64,000 bases of DNA from contig NMRA01000346.1 in the NCBI GenBank assembly GCA_002633005.1, positions 118,116-182,115 of the forward strand, read 5' to 3'. Below are positions 1 to 11,780 of this stretch, piece after piece (positions within the stretch are counted from its first letter, which is position 1; the number at the start of each line of letters is the position of its first letter). The notes under the pieces were generated by a model that ran no database searches, had not been told where the DNA came from, and saw only the letters and a program-made list of their open reading frames with translations. Both the position numbers and the translations under genes were made by a program. Origin of the DNA: Phoronis australis. Its lineage: Eukaryota > Animalia > Phoronida.

Positions 1-185
1 GCTAAATCTTCATTCTTTAAAAGTCGGGGATGGGCGCTTAACCGAGAGGTGGGCGCTTAACTGGAAATCTTCAAAAATCGCAGGGGGGCGCTTAACCGAG
101 CAGTGGGCGGTTAAATCGAAAATCCACCTAAAGTAGGGGGTGGGCGGTTAACCGAGCATGGGCGTTAACCCGAACGTTTACGGTA
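1..185. mobile_element. Right terminus of a TA-flanked MITE (TACCGTA...TACGGTA type) with internal GGGCGYTTAACCGAG repeats
   Basis: Ends in TTTACGGTA and is the reverse complement of 3616-3818, which begins TACCGTA. Contains several GGGCG(C/G)TTAAC units. Confidence 0.7.
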
Positions 186-215
186 ATATTCAAAGTAAAC
201 AATCAAAAAAATATG

Positions 216-285
216 AAACAATTCCATCTAATAATGCAAACCACGATGTAAACAATTCCATCTAATAGTGCAGACCACGATGTAA
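216..285 (+). repeat. 34-bp minisatellite, left part (2 units)
   Basis: Unit AAACAATTCCATCTAATAGTGCAGACCACGATGT starts at 216 and 250. The same unit resumes at 1996. Confidence 0.9.
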
Positions 286-639
286 TCTGCCCTCATTAAT
301 ATTGTTAACGGCTGGGCTCAGGGTGTAGATAGCGGTCACAACGTTGGTGTAGTACTTTTGGATTTAAAAATAGTGTTTGATCTCGTTGATCACAGTATAC
401 TTCTAAGCAAATTGTTAATTTACAAGGTGGGCAAGGTCTCCCTAGACTGGTTTAAATCATATCTCTCAGAGGTGCCAGGTTGTATCCCTTGGTGGACATC
501 TATCTGAGTCCCGAGGTATCACACACGGTGTTGCCCAGGGATCCATCCTGGGACCTCTGCTGTTTTTACTTTTTATAAATGATCTCTCTTTAGTCTGCGA
601 AAACACGGTTGACATGTATGCAGATAATACTACTTTGTT

Positions 640-1335
640 GTGGCAAACTGGCTGATCGCTGTAAAGGACAGACTCCAGTCTGATCTGGATAAGGTTGCTA
701 CCTGGTGTACTGATAATAAAATGGTAATTAACGCTAAAAAAACAAAATGTACTAGTATTGCCACAGAGCAACGGCATAGTAGAAGTAATCTTGAGCTTAA
801 CCTTGCTATTTCCAATGTACGCCTCAAATATGTTGACAGTGAAACGTTATTAGGTGTTACTGTAGACAAGACCCTCAGCTGGTCTAGCCATATAAATGGG
901 ACTGTGTCCAAAATTAGGCAGCGCCTTGGTCTTCTCCGGCGTATATCACCATTTCTTCCTACAGAAGGGCTTTTGCAATATTTCAGCGCTTGTGTATTAC
1001 CTCTGTTCGTTTATTGTACTACAGTGTGGTCAGGATGCAATGCAAAATTAGTTTCCTCTTTATTGAAGGCTCAGAAGCAGGCGGCCAGACTTGTTCTAGG
1101 TGTACCTTTTTACACTCCGTCAACTCATATGTTTAATAGACTGGGGTGGCTCCCTAATGACAAATATTTTATATATAGGCGTCTGTGTATGATTCATAGG
1201 TGCTTTCACGGTAATGTACTGACTTATCTATCTCTTAATCTCATACTTGTTCGAAATAGCCACCAGATCAGGACAAGATTTTCTGCCTCAAACAATTTGG
1301 TTTTGCCCAGACAAAAGAAAATAGTTTTATTCTAA
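640..1335 (+). pseudogene. LINE ORF2 fragment (post-YADD RT/thumb region)
   Basis: LQSDLDKVATWCTDNKMVINAKKTK and ETLLGVTVDKTLSWSSHI are typical of CR1/L2 ORF2. Frameshifted relative to the upstream RT motifs. Confidence 0.85.
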
Positions 1336-1445
1336 GTCCTTCTTTATTCAGACCATCAAACAGTGGAACAATTTGCCTAATAGTCTTAAGGATGCTGACT
1401 GTTATGATAATTTCAGACACCACCTCATCAGTTACCTGAGGTCAT

Positions 1446-1688
1446 AGAGGAGGCAGTGTGGCCTGGTTGATAAATGCCTGCTTTCTTTACTCGAGGTCGT
1501 GGGTTCAAGTCCCACCATGTCACACTGCTAAACCCTTGAGCCAGGTTTCTAGCTCCTCAGCTCGGTTTTAACCATATATCAATAAAGCATAAAAATATTT
1601 CCAGGTGATCAGTGCAATGGGCCCACATGCGAGGCCTGCGCATGTCTGGTACGAGTATCAGACCGCCTGCAATTATTTTTTTTTAATT
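1446..1688 (+). mobile_element. tRNA-derived SINE nested in the LINE
   Basis: A-box-like GTGGCCTGGTTG and B-box GGTTCAAGTCC. Flanked by a 14-bp direct repeat TTACCTGAGGTCAT at 1432-1445 and 1689-1702 (TSD). Confidence 0.8.
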
Positions 1689-1962
1689 TTACCTGAGGTC
1701 ATCATAGATGTCCCTCCTTTTTGTCTTTCCAATATATTTACCAAAAATTTTTTTATTTATTTATTTATATTTAATTCAATTTGTTTATCCAATTTGCAAA
1801 TATTATTTTATTTAATGAATCTTATTGTATCTTAATTTAATCTGTTTACCTAACTTAATTTAATTAATTTAATTTCTTGCTGCAGAGGACCATGCTGGAT
1901 ATTAGCCTTTGGCTAAAGTATGTTTCACATTTATTGTATTTTTATCCTCTTTAAATAAAGTA

Positions 1963-1995
<33 letters not shown>

Positions 1996-1996
<1 letters not shown>

Positions 1997-2105
1997 AACA
2001 ATTCCATCTAATAGTGCAGACCACGATGTAAACAATTCCGTCTAATAGTGCAGACCACGATGTAAACAATTTCCTCTAATAGTGCAGACCACGATGTAAA
2101 CAATC
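1996..2105 (+). repeat. 34-bp minisatellite, right part (3 units)
   Basis: Units at 1996, 2030 and 2064 match those at 216 and 250. Confidence 0.9.
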
Positions 2106-2195
2106 TTTTTTTTACTTTTTTGTGCCATCTGTATATCGATTGTCATTTTTAATTTATTTTTACTTCTACCGATTGCTGATTTGTCTGAATGTATG

Positions 2196-2544
2196 TTTTT
2201 TGTATATTGTTACATCATGCTTTATTATTTTCGTATATTGTTACATCATGTTCTATTATTTTTGTATATTGTTACATCATGTTCTATTATTTTTGTATAT
2301 TGTTACATCATGTTCTATTATTTTTGTATATTGTTACATCATGTTCTATTATTTTTGTATATTGTTACATCATGTTCTATTATTTTTGTATATTGTTACA
2401 TCATGTTCTATTATTTTTGTATATTGTTACATCATGTTCTATTATTTTTGTATATTGTTACATCATGTTCTATTATTTTTGTATATTGTTACATCATGTT
2501 CTATTATTTTTATATATTGTTACATCATGTTCTATTATTTTGTA
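2196..2544 (+). repeat. 31-bp tandem repeat, ~11 copies
   Basis: TTTTTGTATATTGTTACATCATGTTCTATTA repeated nearly perfectly. Explains the three overlapping low-complexity ORFs. Confidence 0.95.
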
Positions 2545-2779
2545 GACTGTCGTTTTTAAATAAATCAATCAATCAAGCGATCAAAAAAGCAAACAGATCT
2601 AATACTAACTATTCAACATATTAAAGGGTTTTTATACTTAATGCATAAGAAACATACAATATTCCTCCTTGTTGCAGAAATACTTCACACATTTTTAACA
2701 CATTTTTGGGAAAACTTTGATTGAAATTTCAACCTAGGCAATGTTTATCTGACTAATAAAATTAATGCAGGACATATAC

Positions 2780-2951
2780 CTGTTTTATCGTCTATCCAGA
2801 AGTCAAGTCCATGTGGTACAAACACATGTAACTCCCCAATAATACTGAGTTCCTCCAACTTTTTCCTCTCAACATCATACAACAATATTCTTCCTTTTAC
2901 GACATCTGCATCATCTCTCTTATAAGGGACGGCCAAGTTGTCAGTGTAACC
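2780..2951 (-). CDS. PON: Internal exon of a paraoxonase/arylesterase (PON) family gene
   Basis: Acceptor TTTCAG|GGT, donor ACAG|GTATAT; 172 bp, phase 0 to phase 1. Peptide GYTDNLAVPYKRDDADVVKGRILLYDVERKKLEELSIIGELHVFVPHGLDFWIDDKT resembles PON1 GLKYP...GKILLMDL...FNPHGISTFTDED, including the PHG histidine motif. Confidence 0.75.
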
Positions 2952-3379
2952 CTGAAAGTAACATTATGTTAGTTCATCACATTCAACAAACGATGAAATT
3001 TGAAAACAAGCACTGCTTTGTCAAGTGTTTGCTCAGATAATGACAACGACACAATAGAAACCAATTTGCAAAATTTCGAGGAAATCACTACCGGATTAGA
3101 GACGAACGTCAAAGAAAAATAATTGCCAACAGGACGTGTAGCGAAAGTCTAACCTGATCAACTGTTGTTAAGTTATCCCTAGTCCTGCTAACCACATTCT
3201 TATGTGATATCAACATTCCAGGTTGGCTGGTCAATGCCGGAGTCCTCCGGCTGTCTATCGGCATTCACCTAAGTCGATCACTTAATTAAAAAATACTGGC
3301 CAACCATACAAGAGCAACGCGGAGCATTGAAATGCGCCCACAAATGCATCGCAAATGGTGCGCTTTTAGTGTTGTTTAT

Positions 3380-3612
3380 TTGTGTCATAAAAATGGCCAC
3401 TAGATGGCGAAAAAACGTACAATCCATCCAAAAATGGGAACATGTCATTGCTTCTTTAATAGAAAGCTACACACCACATTTCATAGAAATCTGTCACAGA
3501 ACTTCAGAGAAACAAAGCAAAACAGAATTAAATGAAACAGCCACTAGGGGGCACACTGTTCATTGGATCAGCCTGAAAGTCGTCATTGTCTGTTGTTAGC
3601 TTCATATACACT
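3380..3612 (+). repeat. Dispersed ~143-bp-unit repeat with CTCF-like motifs (copy 1)
   Basis: GGCCACTAGATGGCG (~3397) and GCCACTAGGGGGCAC (3541). Flanking sequence is shared with 7540-7995 and 10210-11780. Confidence 0.7.
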
Positions 3613-3615
3613 TAC

Positions 3616-3860
3616 TACCGTAATAGTTCGGGTTAACGCCCATGCTCAGTTAACCGCCCATCCCAACTTTAAGTGGATTTTCGATTTAACCGCCCACTTC
3701 TCGGTTAAGTGCCCCCCTGCGATTTTTGAAGATTTCCAGTTAAGCGCCCACCTCTCGGTTAAGCGCCCACCTCTCGGTTAAGCGCCCATCCCCGACTTTT
3801 AAAGAATGAAGATTTAGCGCCTAGTGCTAAGGAAACGCGCGATTCCCCGACTTTTAGAAA
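3616..3860. mobile_element. Left terminus of a second copy of the TACCGTA MITE
   Basis: Reverse complement of 1-185, with an extra internal CTCTCGGTTAAGCGCCCAC unit. The right end was not identified. Confidence 0.7.
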
Positions 3861-6039
3861 AAGATCGATAATCACAATGAGTGCAACGACGCCGGGACTC
3901 CGAGACGGTGGTTTAGCAATCTGAATTACAATACAGATAACGAGTTATTGTCTTGGGTCATGAACTCACTTCAAAATATAATACTTGAACCTTTTTGTCA
4001 CTTTATTTTCTTCCCTTGTTTGCAAAGTTTAACCTCCGCTTTCAGCGACTTTGTCTGCCGCGCTGAGTTTCCGTCTGCAGTGCACTAGATAAAACATATA
4101 TTCGAAAAAATCAGGCCAGAGAAATGTGACAATGGTTTTGCCAACCCTCCAAATTCTGTTAAGGTGGGAAGCTCTCGTATTTTGAACAAATCTCACAACT
4201 CACGGAAAGATTTCAAATTCTCAATATTTTGATGAACATAACTGCCGGGTTATAGAGGATGTGGGGCGACCGAAGGGACAGTACAAGTGCCTTACTGGGT
4301 TACCGATTTCGTTGCTGCCTGTCGATTTCTGAATTCAAACGTTGGCAGTAATGTATGTTCGTGTATGATCTTGAAGTAATAAAAAACGGCTAGTCAAATT
4401 TTGTTTTTCGCTTATTACATCTCAGTCAAACTAGTTAGCAGATTTAACTAATGTCGCTGGCTGTTCTACTATCTTTCTTGCGTCAGCCCCCACGTAAGCG
4501 TGACTGTGTGATAATCGTTTCCACATCCCCTTTTTAGCCATCCAGAATAATTTTGTTTATACATTGACCATTTTCAGCCTGAACAAAAATTCTTACCATT
4601 CGAGTCTGAAATATCTACGACGTAGACTGCTTGACGATAGTGGGTAGGAGATTCACGCAGCTAGTTACAGGGATAAGGGCTTAGGGAGCATCGAGCCGGG
4701 AAATATGGGAATAGACTTGACATCGCAGTTTTGGGGAACATTGGCAACGGAGGAATATCGTAAAGAACTGGGTCTTTCGTAACAACAGCTTAAAAGTACA
4801 TAGTCACGCCCGTTTTTGTTACTTCGTCGGACTGTCGCTATGTGTGACTGATTTGTAGTGGTGCACGTGCCCAAGTTCCCACACTTTGGAGTGCATGTTA
4901 CCTTGACACCAACATGTGATTGACAGGTGACTCACACGTAGGCCCTAGTGCGTGCTGAATACCGCCACTATCTTTGGCCATAAAAAACGAGATGCTTATT
5001 GAAAGAGGCCGTTATATTACTTGACGGCATTTCCAAGTCACGATTGTCAGCCGACTGAGACATTGCGCGATAACAGCGGGATCGAACAGTGCCGCAGAAC
5101 GATATTACAAGTGATATAAATCTGGACATCTTGCATGAAAAATAAATGTTTTTCCACCACAAAGTTTGGTAAGGTGATCGTTTAGAATAATGAATTGAAA
5201 CATTGCTGTCTTCTGACATTTTGTAACATATTTATGCAGTTGCTTGAAATTTTATTCTTGATCGACGACTGGCTCGACCACCCCCGATCCTTGTCTTACT
5301 TCTTTACATAGCATATGTTTGGCGCAACGGCAAGAGAACAATGCCGGGCTGTCGAGATAAGACAGCTAGCCGCAGAACCATACGCTGAAAATGTCATTGA
5401 GTCACGGAGTGTCGACTCTAACATCCCAAACACAAAAAAACAGCAGAGTTAAGTTTTTCAAACTTTTATTACAACCAATTTTAAAACTGCTCTCTGACTC
5501 AGAACTTGACAGCTACCATATAGTACGAGACTGTAACCATAAATTTGATGTCTGACCTCTGCAACACGTGAAGCTTGCACGCGCGCACTTAAGTAAAACA
5601 TTGTCAAGTTACATGTAACCAGTCCTTCAAAATAATCACTTAATTGAGACTGTAAAACTTAAGTTTGTGTAAATTTTCACATCGCTCTCTGACTGTTTGA
5701 TTCACAATAGGAACAACAAATTTTTATTTTGGTTAAATGCATGGTAATTATTGGGCACAAAATAAGATTAGCATGTTGTATATTTAACTATACTGGTAGG
5801 TGTTTTAACTGCCATCACCTTCAGTCATACGTCAGTCTGCAGTCAAACTATTGAACACGAGTTTAACTGTCTGTTCATACATGAGCAGAAGAGCAAAAGT
5901 TCGACTTAAAACGTAATGGAGATTCTAATAATGCTATCACAAATGCCTTTTTGTGGAAAGTTAAATGGCATTCATATTTTAGGTTTGTGAATATTGAGTG
6001 ACATAATGTACTTGATGAAAGCCAGAGACACTGCAGAGG

Positions 6040-7025
6040 TTACGAGGCAACAAGTTTGAGTTGAAAACACCGGAACAAATATGGCGTACACAGCATCTCA
6101 AGGTTGGGTCGAACAAACATGGATGAAAACANNNNNNNNNNNNNNNNNNNNNNNNNNNNNNNNNNNNNNNNNNNNNNNNNNNNNNNNNNNNNNNNNNNNN
6201 NNNNNNNNNNNNNNNNNNNNNNNNNNNNNNNNNNNNNNNNNNNNNNNNNNNNNNNNNNNNNNNNNNNNNNNNNNNNNNNNNNNNNNNNNNNNNNNNNNNN
6301 NNNNNNNNNNNNNNNNNNNNNNNNNNNNNNNNNNNNNNNNNNNNNNNNNNNNNNNNNNNNNNNNNNNNNNNNNNNNNNNNNNNNNNNNNNNNNNNNNNNN
6401 NNNNNNNNNNNNNNNNNNNNNNNNNNNNNNNNNNNNNNNNNNNNNNNNNNNNNNNNNNNNNNNNNNNNNNNNNNNNNNNNNNNNNNNNNNNNNNNNNNNN
6501 NNNNNNNNNNNNNNNNNNNNNNNNNNNNNNNNNNNNNNNNNNNNNNNNNNNNNNNNNNNNNNNNNNNNNNNNNNNNNNNNNNNNNNNNNNNNNNNNNNNN
6601 NNNNNNNNNNNNNNNNNNNNNNNNNNNNNNNNNNNNNNNNNNNNNNNNNNNNNNNNNNNNNNNNNNNNNNNNNNNNNNNNNNNNNNNNNNNNNNNNNNNN
6701 NNNNNNNNNNNNNNNNNNNNNNNNNNNNNNNNNNNNNNNNNNNNNNNNNNNNNNNNNNNNNNNNNNNNNNNNNNNNNNNNNNNNNNNNNNNNNNNNNNNN
6801 NNNNNNNNNNNNNNNNNNNNNNNNNNNNNNNNNNNNNNNNNNNNNNNNNNNNNNNNNNNNNNNNNNGAAAATAAAGTCCTTCTTCTACTCCACGGACATG
6901 CATCCCACACAAAAAACCTTGACGCCATTAAGTTAGCGCCGGCAAATGGTGTTTTCATTTTCTCCTTCCTCAATCACACAACGCACAGGCTCCAACCCTT
7001 AGATGTTAGCTTTTTTAAGTCATAA
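6040..7025 (+). mobile_element. pogo/Tigger-family DNA transposase remnant spanning an assembly gap
   Basis: Before the gap, YTASQGW resembles the CENP-B HTH FKASxGW motif. After the gap, KVLLLLHGHASH...NGVFIFSFLNHTTHRLQPLDVSFFKS matches the DDE_1 signature LLLLDGHxSH...PHTTHxLQPLD, with the catalytic D changed to H. Confidence 0.85.
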
Positions 7026-7539
7026 TTGTGATTCCGATGGAGACTCTGAGTAACCTACATAAACCTGGCAATTTAAGTTTGTTACATAAGTGTAGTTGAC
7101 TGATCCATTTTGTTATCTTTAAGTGTTGGTTTGTTCGCACATATTTATAAAGACGTCTATTAGCATTAGAGTCATAGGGAAATGCTGTTTCTTGTAATAT
7201 GTTTCTATGTGGCCATTAAAAGGTTTGACTGTTTGCACTGTTTCTTTGTTCATCTTTGCTTGGTGAAATAGACGTAGTTATTAGTATAGTACCACTGGTA
7301 CGATTCTGATGTCTGACAGGTACGAATTACAAAACCGGTCATGTGAATCGTACTTTTATTGACTTTTCTACAACCGTGTTTTGCAGCTAAAACATAATCA
7401 TTATTCTTCTAAATCACATGTGCGGTTATACGTGTGAAGCCACTTAAGGCTATGAGGTAGCTCCCGATTCCGTGGCTAGTTCAGCGTGGCGTACAGAGGG
7501 GTGCATCCTTAAGTGGTACGAAACCAGTAACTTTCCCAT

Positions 7540-7995
7540 ATACGCCAATTTTCAAAACCATACTTAGAATGGTTTGGTTGATAGAGGCTGGGGTAGATGC
7601 CAAAAAACAGACTGAAAACAGCTAAAATGGCCACTAGGTGGCGCAAAATACCTTGATTCCATCCGAAGACAAGTGGATAGCGTCATCTCACCAATAGATG
7701 CCCGTATTCAAAATTTTATGAAAATCTGTTGAGGACCTTTGAAGATACAGAGGTAAACGTAAAACTAAAATTGCCACCAGGGGACACACCAGTAGTCAGA
7801 TCCATCTGAAAATCATCGTCGTCAGTTGTCAACATCATATAAACACACTTATCAAATGTAGTGAAGATCCTGCAAACGGTATAGGAGATACAGATATGGG
7901 TGCAAAAAACAAAATTGCCACTAGGAGGTCATCGGAAAATCATCGTCAGCTGTCCACTTCACAGTAAAAACCTACATGCCAATTTTCACAATTGA
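7540..7995 (+). repeat. ~143-bp-unit repeat with CTCF-like motifs (copy 2, 3 units)
   Basis: Motif cores at 7631, 7774 and 7918. Shared GAGGACCTTTGAAGATACAGAGGTAAAC and CATGCCAATTTTCACAA blocks. Confidence 0.85.
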
Positions 7996-9484
7996 CCTAT
8001 CGCAAGCTCCGCCCCTATGCGAAAAGTCACGTGATACCCGACATTCGAACGAGATGTCAGAGGCAAATACACTGTCGAACGACGTTCCTGGTGGAATCGA
8101 TGAGTGTTTTTGCACTATTTGAAAACGCTTCGACAGAGACAAGAGGCGATGCTTTTCAACAGAGAATCGTACGTTCATGATATGGGAATTTATAAAGGTG
8201 ACGATGCAAAAATGGCTCGAGGAGCCAGCGAAAATGCGAAGTACCCCTCTGCCTCGGGGCCACCTTCACAGTGACCTAGCAAATGACAAGGCCACTGATA
8301 CGATATGTTCATGTAAAGCTGGGTATGTACCTTCAAGTCGAATTATCTGTACGATTCCATAGATTTCATGATCTTTCTAATAAAATCAGTAAAGATTCAC
8401 CGATATTTTTATTCTGTCGTCTGCTAAATTTCGCCAAGTAAAAAGTAGGTCACAACTGGTGGGANNNNNNNNNNNNNNNNNNNNNNNNNNNNNNNNNNNN
8501 NNNNNNNNNNNNNNNNNNNNNNNNNNNNNNNNNNNNNNNNNNNNNNNNNNNNNNNNNNNNNNNNNNNNNNNNNNNNNNNNNNNNNNNNNNNNNNNNNNNN
8601 NNNNNNNNNNNNNNNNNNNNNNNNNNNNNNNNNNNNNNNNNNNNNNNNNNNNNNNNNNNNNNNNNNNNNNNNNNNNNNNNNNNNNNNNNNNNNNNNNNNN
8701 NNNNNNNNNNNNNNNNNNNNNNNNNNNNNNNNNNNNNNNNNNNNNNNNNNNNNNNNNNNNNNNNNNNNNNNNNNNNNNNNNNNNNNNNNNNNNNNNNNNN
8801 NNNNNNNNNNNNNNNNNNNNNNNNNNNNNNNNNNNNNNNNNNNNNNNNNNNNNNNNNNNNNNNNNNNNNNNNNNNNNNNNNNNNNNNNNNNNNNNNNNNN
8901 NNNNNNNNNNNNNNNNNNNNNNNNNNNNNNNNNNNNNNNNNNNNNNNNNNNNNNNNNNNNNNNNNNNNNNNNNNNNNNNNNNNNNNNNNNNNNNNNNNNN
9001 NNNNNNNNNNNNNNNNNNNNNNNNNNNNNNNNNNNNNNNNNNNNNNNNNNNNNNNNNNNNNNNNNNNNNNNNNNNNNNNNNNNNNNNNNNNNNNNNNNNN
9101 NNNNNNNNNNNNNNNNNNNNNNNNNNNNNNNNNNNNNNNNNNNNNNNNNNNNNNNNNNNNNNNNNNNNNNNNNNNNNNNNNNNNNNNNNNNNNNNNNNNN
9201 NTTTGTAGTTTCATTCCATAAAGGTAGCTTTCATTTAATTTTGAAGGTAGCATAATTACTAAGTCGTGGTATGGTTACAACTTGAAAGATTACAAGTCTG
9301 GTGTGGTAGTTGCAAAAATAGGGTATTTACAAAAATAACTCAAATTCTTTTTTAAAGCTTCATAAATCTAAATATCATGTCTGAACAACTTCAAAATGAG
9401 CTCTGTCTAACTCTACAGACATAGTGTATACTAGAGGTACACGTCAAAAAGTAATTCAACAGTTTATGTTTAGTGACAACAGCT

Positions 9485-9665
9485 CGACCAAGGCTTTGAG
9501 TTACCGGCAGTAATCCAGTGCCCCTCCCTGCATGTGCAGATCGAATCTCTGAATTTTGACCGGGAGAGAAGTTCAGCTGAACGCCAGCCTACGGGTTTAT
9601 GAATAACAAAAACGTACCTCTGTTAGGTTGAAATAAATAAAAACAAAAAAAAAATAAAATAAAAA
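9485..9665 (+). mobile_element. Probable SINE/retroelement 3' end with A-rich tail
   Basis: GC-balanced body followed by GAAATAAATAAAAACAAAAAAAAAATAAAATAAAAA. No clear head found. Confidence 0.35.
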
Positions 9666-10209
9666 TGTCCTTGAAAACAACAATTTCCGGGGACTATACC
9701 GCTAGAGTGCTGAGATCCAGCAGGTGTCGAGACAAAGGCGACCAGACGTAGGAAACTCGGGAATCACAATCTGAGATAGCCCTTCACCATATAGCCACCA
9801 AGCTGAAAAGTGCGTATCTTGGAACTAATATATTTGTGTTTATTATAGCCTTCGAGTTATCAAGCAACATCGCTAAGTTCAGCTGCTCGTGTGGCCGTAG
9901 GCCCTACAGTTTGATCCATAGTTTAAGCTTTTCAACATCAGTTTTCGGCTTCGGACATACCAAAAAATGACGGGATATTATTCTGGAGCAGCATAACGGC
10001 TGTCGGTGCTACACACGCCATGTCAACACCGTTTCCCCATTCTTAGCGGACAATTTCTTGAGCTATAGACTAAAGTAAGTTTTACTCGACTACGTGTGGT
10101 TTGTCGGGTATAATGGCGGCTTGGAAACGCAGACGAAGGTGTGCCAAGAATGCTTTGTTCTGATTGGTCAATTAAGCCGTCCGTCATAATCTTGGCGATA
10201 GGTCAATTA

Positions 10210-11780
10210 TCCTGAAAGCGGTTTGGTTGATAGAGGGGTGGATGCCAAAAAACAGACAAAAACAATAAATATGGCCACTAGATGGCACAAACTAGGTTGA
10301 ATCCATCTGAAAACACAAAGATAGCGTCACCTCACTAACAGAAGCCTGTACACCAAATGCTATGAAAATAGGTTGAGGACCTTTGAAGATACAGAGGTAA
10401 ACGGTAAAAAAAATTGCCACTAGGTGGCACACCAGTAGTCAGATCTGTCCAAAAGTCGTTGTTGTCTGTTTTCAACATGCACTTACAACATTTAATGAAG
10501 ATACTGCAAATGCTTTAGGAGATATAGCCATAGGCGTAAAAATAAAATCAAAACTGCCACTAGGAACTGCCACAGTAGTTGAAGTCGTCGGAAAATCATT
10601 TTAACCGTCCTCTTCATAGTAAGAACATACATGCCAATTTTCACAATCATGCTTAGAGCGGTTTGGTTGATAGACAGGTGGACGCTAAAAAACAGACTCG
10701 AAAACAGTAAAAATGGCCACAAGGTGGCGCAAACTACATCGAATCCATCCGAAAACAAGAGGATATCGTCGTCTCACTACTAGATGCCAGTATACCAAAT
10801 TGTGTGAAAATACGTTGTGGACCTTTGAAGATACAGAGGTAAAGTTAACGTAAAAAAACTAAAATTGCCACCAGGGGGCACACTGGTAGTCGGATCTGTC
10901 CGAAAGTTCGCTCATGGCGTCCTATCCATGAAAGAAACACATGAGCAAAATTTCATGAACATACGTCAATCAGTTTTGAGCAGCAGCCACCTTTTTTATG
11001 GGATATATTATCAAACTGGTTTGTTTAATTTTTGACTAAAACAAGTTAGTGTTTCAATATTGAACTTGGCCTAAAAATAGCCAGCCAGTCAGTCTGGACA
11101 CTGCTTATAGTGCATAGCACCACAAAGGTTAATAGGAATACCCTTGCCAACTTCCAAAAGATCTTGCACGGGGTTTAGAAGATACAGCGACAGATACAAA
11201 AATTCTTGCTTGGGCTAGATACCACAAAAGTTGAACCCACCTGAAAATCCACGTCTTTCGTGCTCTTGTCACTATGAACACATCTGCCAATTTTCATAAT
11301 GATCCCCTGAGCGGTTTGGTTAATACAGAGGCAGACGACTTGAAAATAATAAAATGTCCACTAAGTGGCATAGAATACACAGGTCTAATCATTCCAAAAG
11401 GGAAAGCTGCTGTCGCCTTCATAATAGAATAGCTAGTCAAACTTTTTTAAAAACCATCCAAGAAGTGTGAAGATACAGCAGCAAACATAACAAGAGCAAT
11501 GTGGAGCTTTGAAATGTGCCCATGAATGCACCGCAAAGGGTGTGCTTCTAGGGTGTTTGTTTCACAAAAATAGACACTAGATGGCACAAAAATGTCCACA
11601 GCGTTCATGGACTGGGGACTTATTTTGGTAAAGTCTGAAAACGCGTGGGTGTGCTTATAGGGGTATGGGTGCTTATTAGGGCGAATACGGCATATGCCAA
11701 ATTTCAAGAAAATACGTTGAGGACCATTGAAGATATAGAGGTAAGCATGACAAACTAAAATTGCCACTAGGGGGAGACTT
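10210..11780 (+). repeat. ~143-bp-unit tandem repeat with CTCF-like motifs (copy 3, largest, degenerate)
   Basis: Motif cores at 10275, 10417, 10557, 10717, 10868, 11358, ~11574 and 11764. Higher-order period of about 440 bp (10275 to 10717). Confidence 0.85.

Larger units (their letters stand above)
286..1995 (+). mobile_element. 5'-truncated non-LTR retrotransposon (CR1/L2-group LINE): RT C-terminal region, 3' UTR and (TTA)n tail
   Basis: Translates to RT motifs LDLKIVFDLVDHSILLSKL, GVAQGSILGPLLFLLFINDL and MYADNT. After a frameshift, ORF 640-1335 gives LLGVTVDKTLSWSSHI and LGWL. Ends AATAAAG plus (TTA)n at ~1965-1995. Confidence 0.9.

Noticed and set aside
216-2105. 34-bp repeats as a CRISPR array
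   Set aside because: Units are directly adjacent with no spacers, there are no cas genes, and the context is eukaryotic.
2122-2624. Three overlapping hydrophobic ORFs
   Set aside because: Translations of a stop-free 31-bp tandem repeat.
1-3818. One 3.8-kb composite transposon bounded by the inverted repeats at 1-185 and 3616-3818 and capturing the PON exon
   Set aside because: The termini face the wrong way: 185 is the right end of one MITE and 3616 the left end of another.
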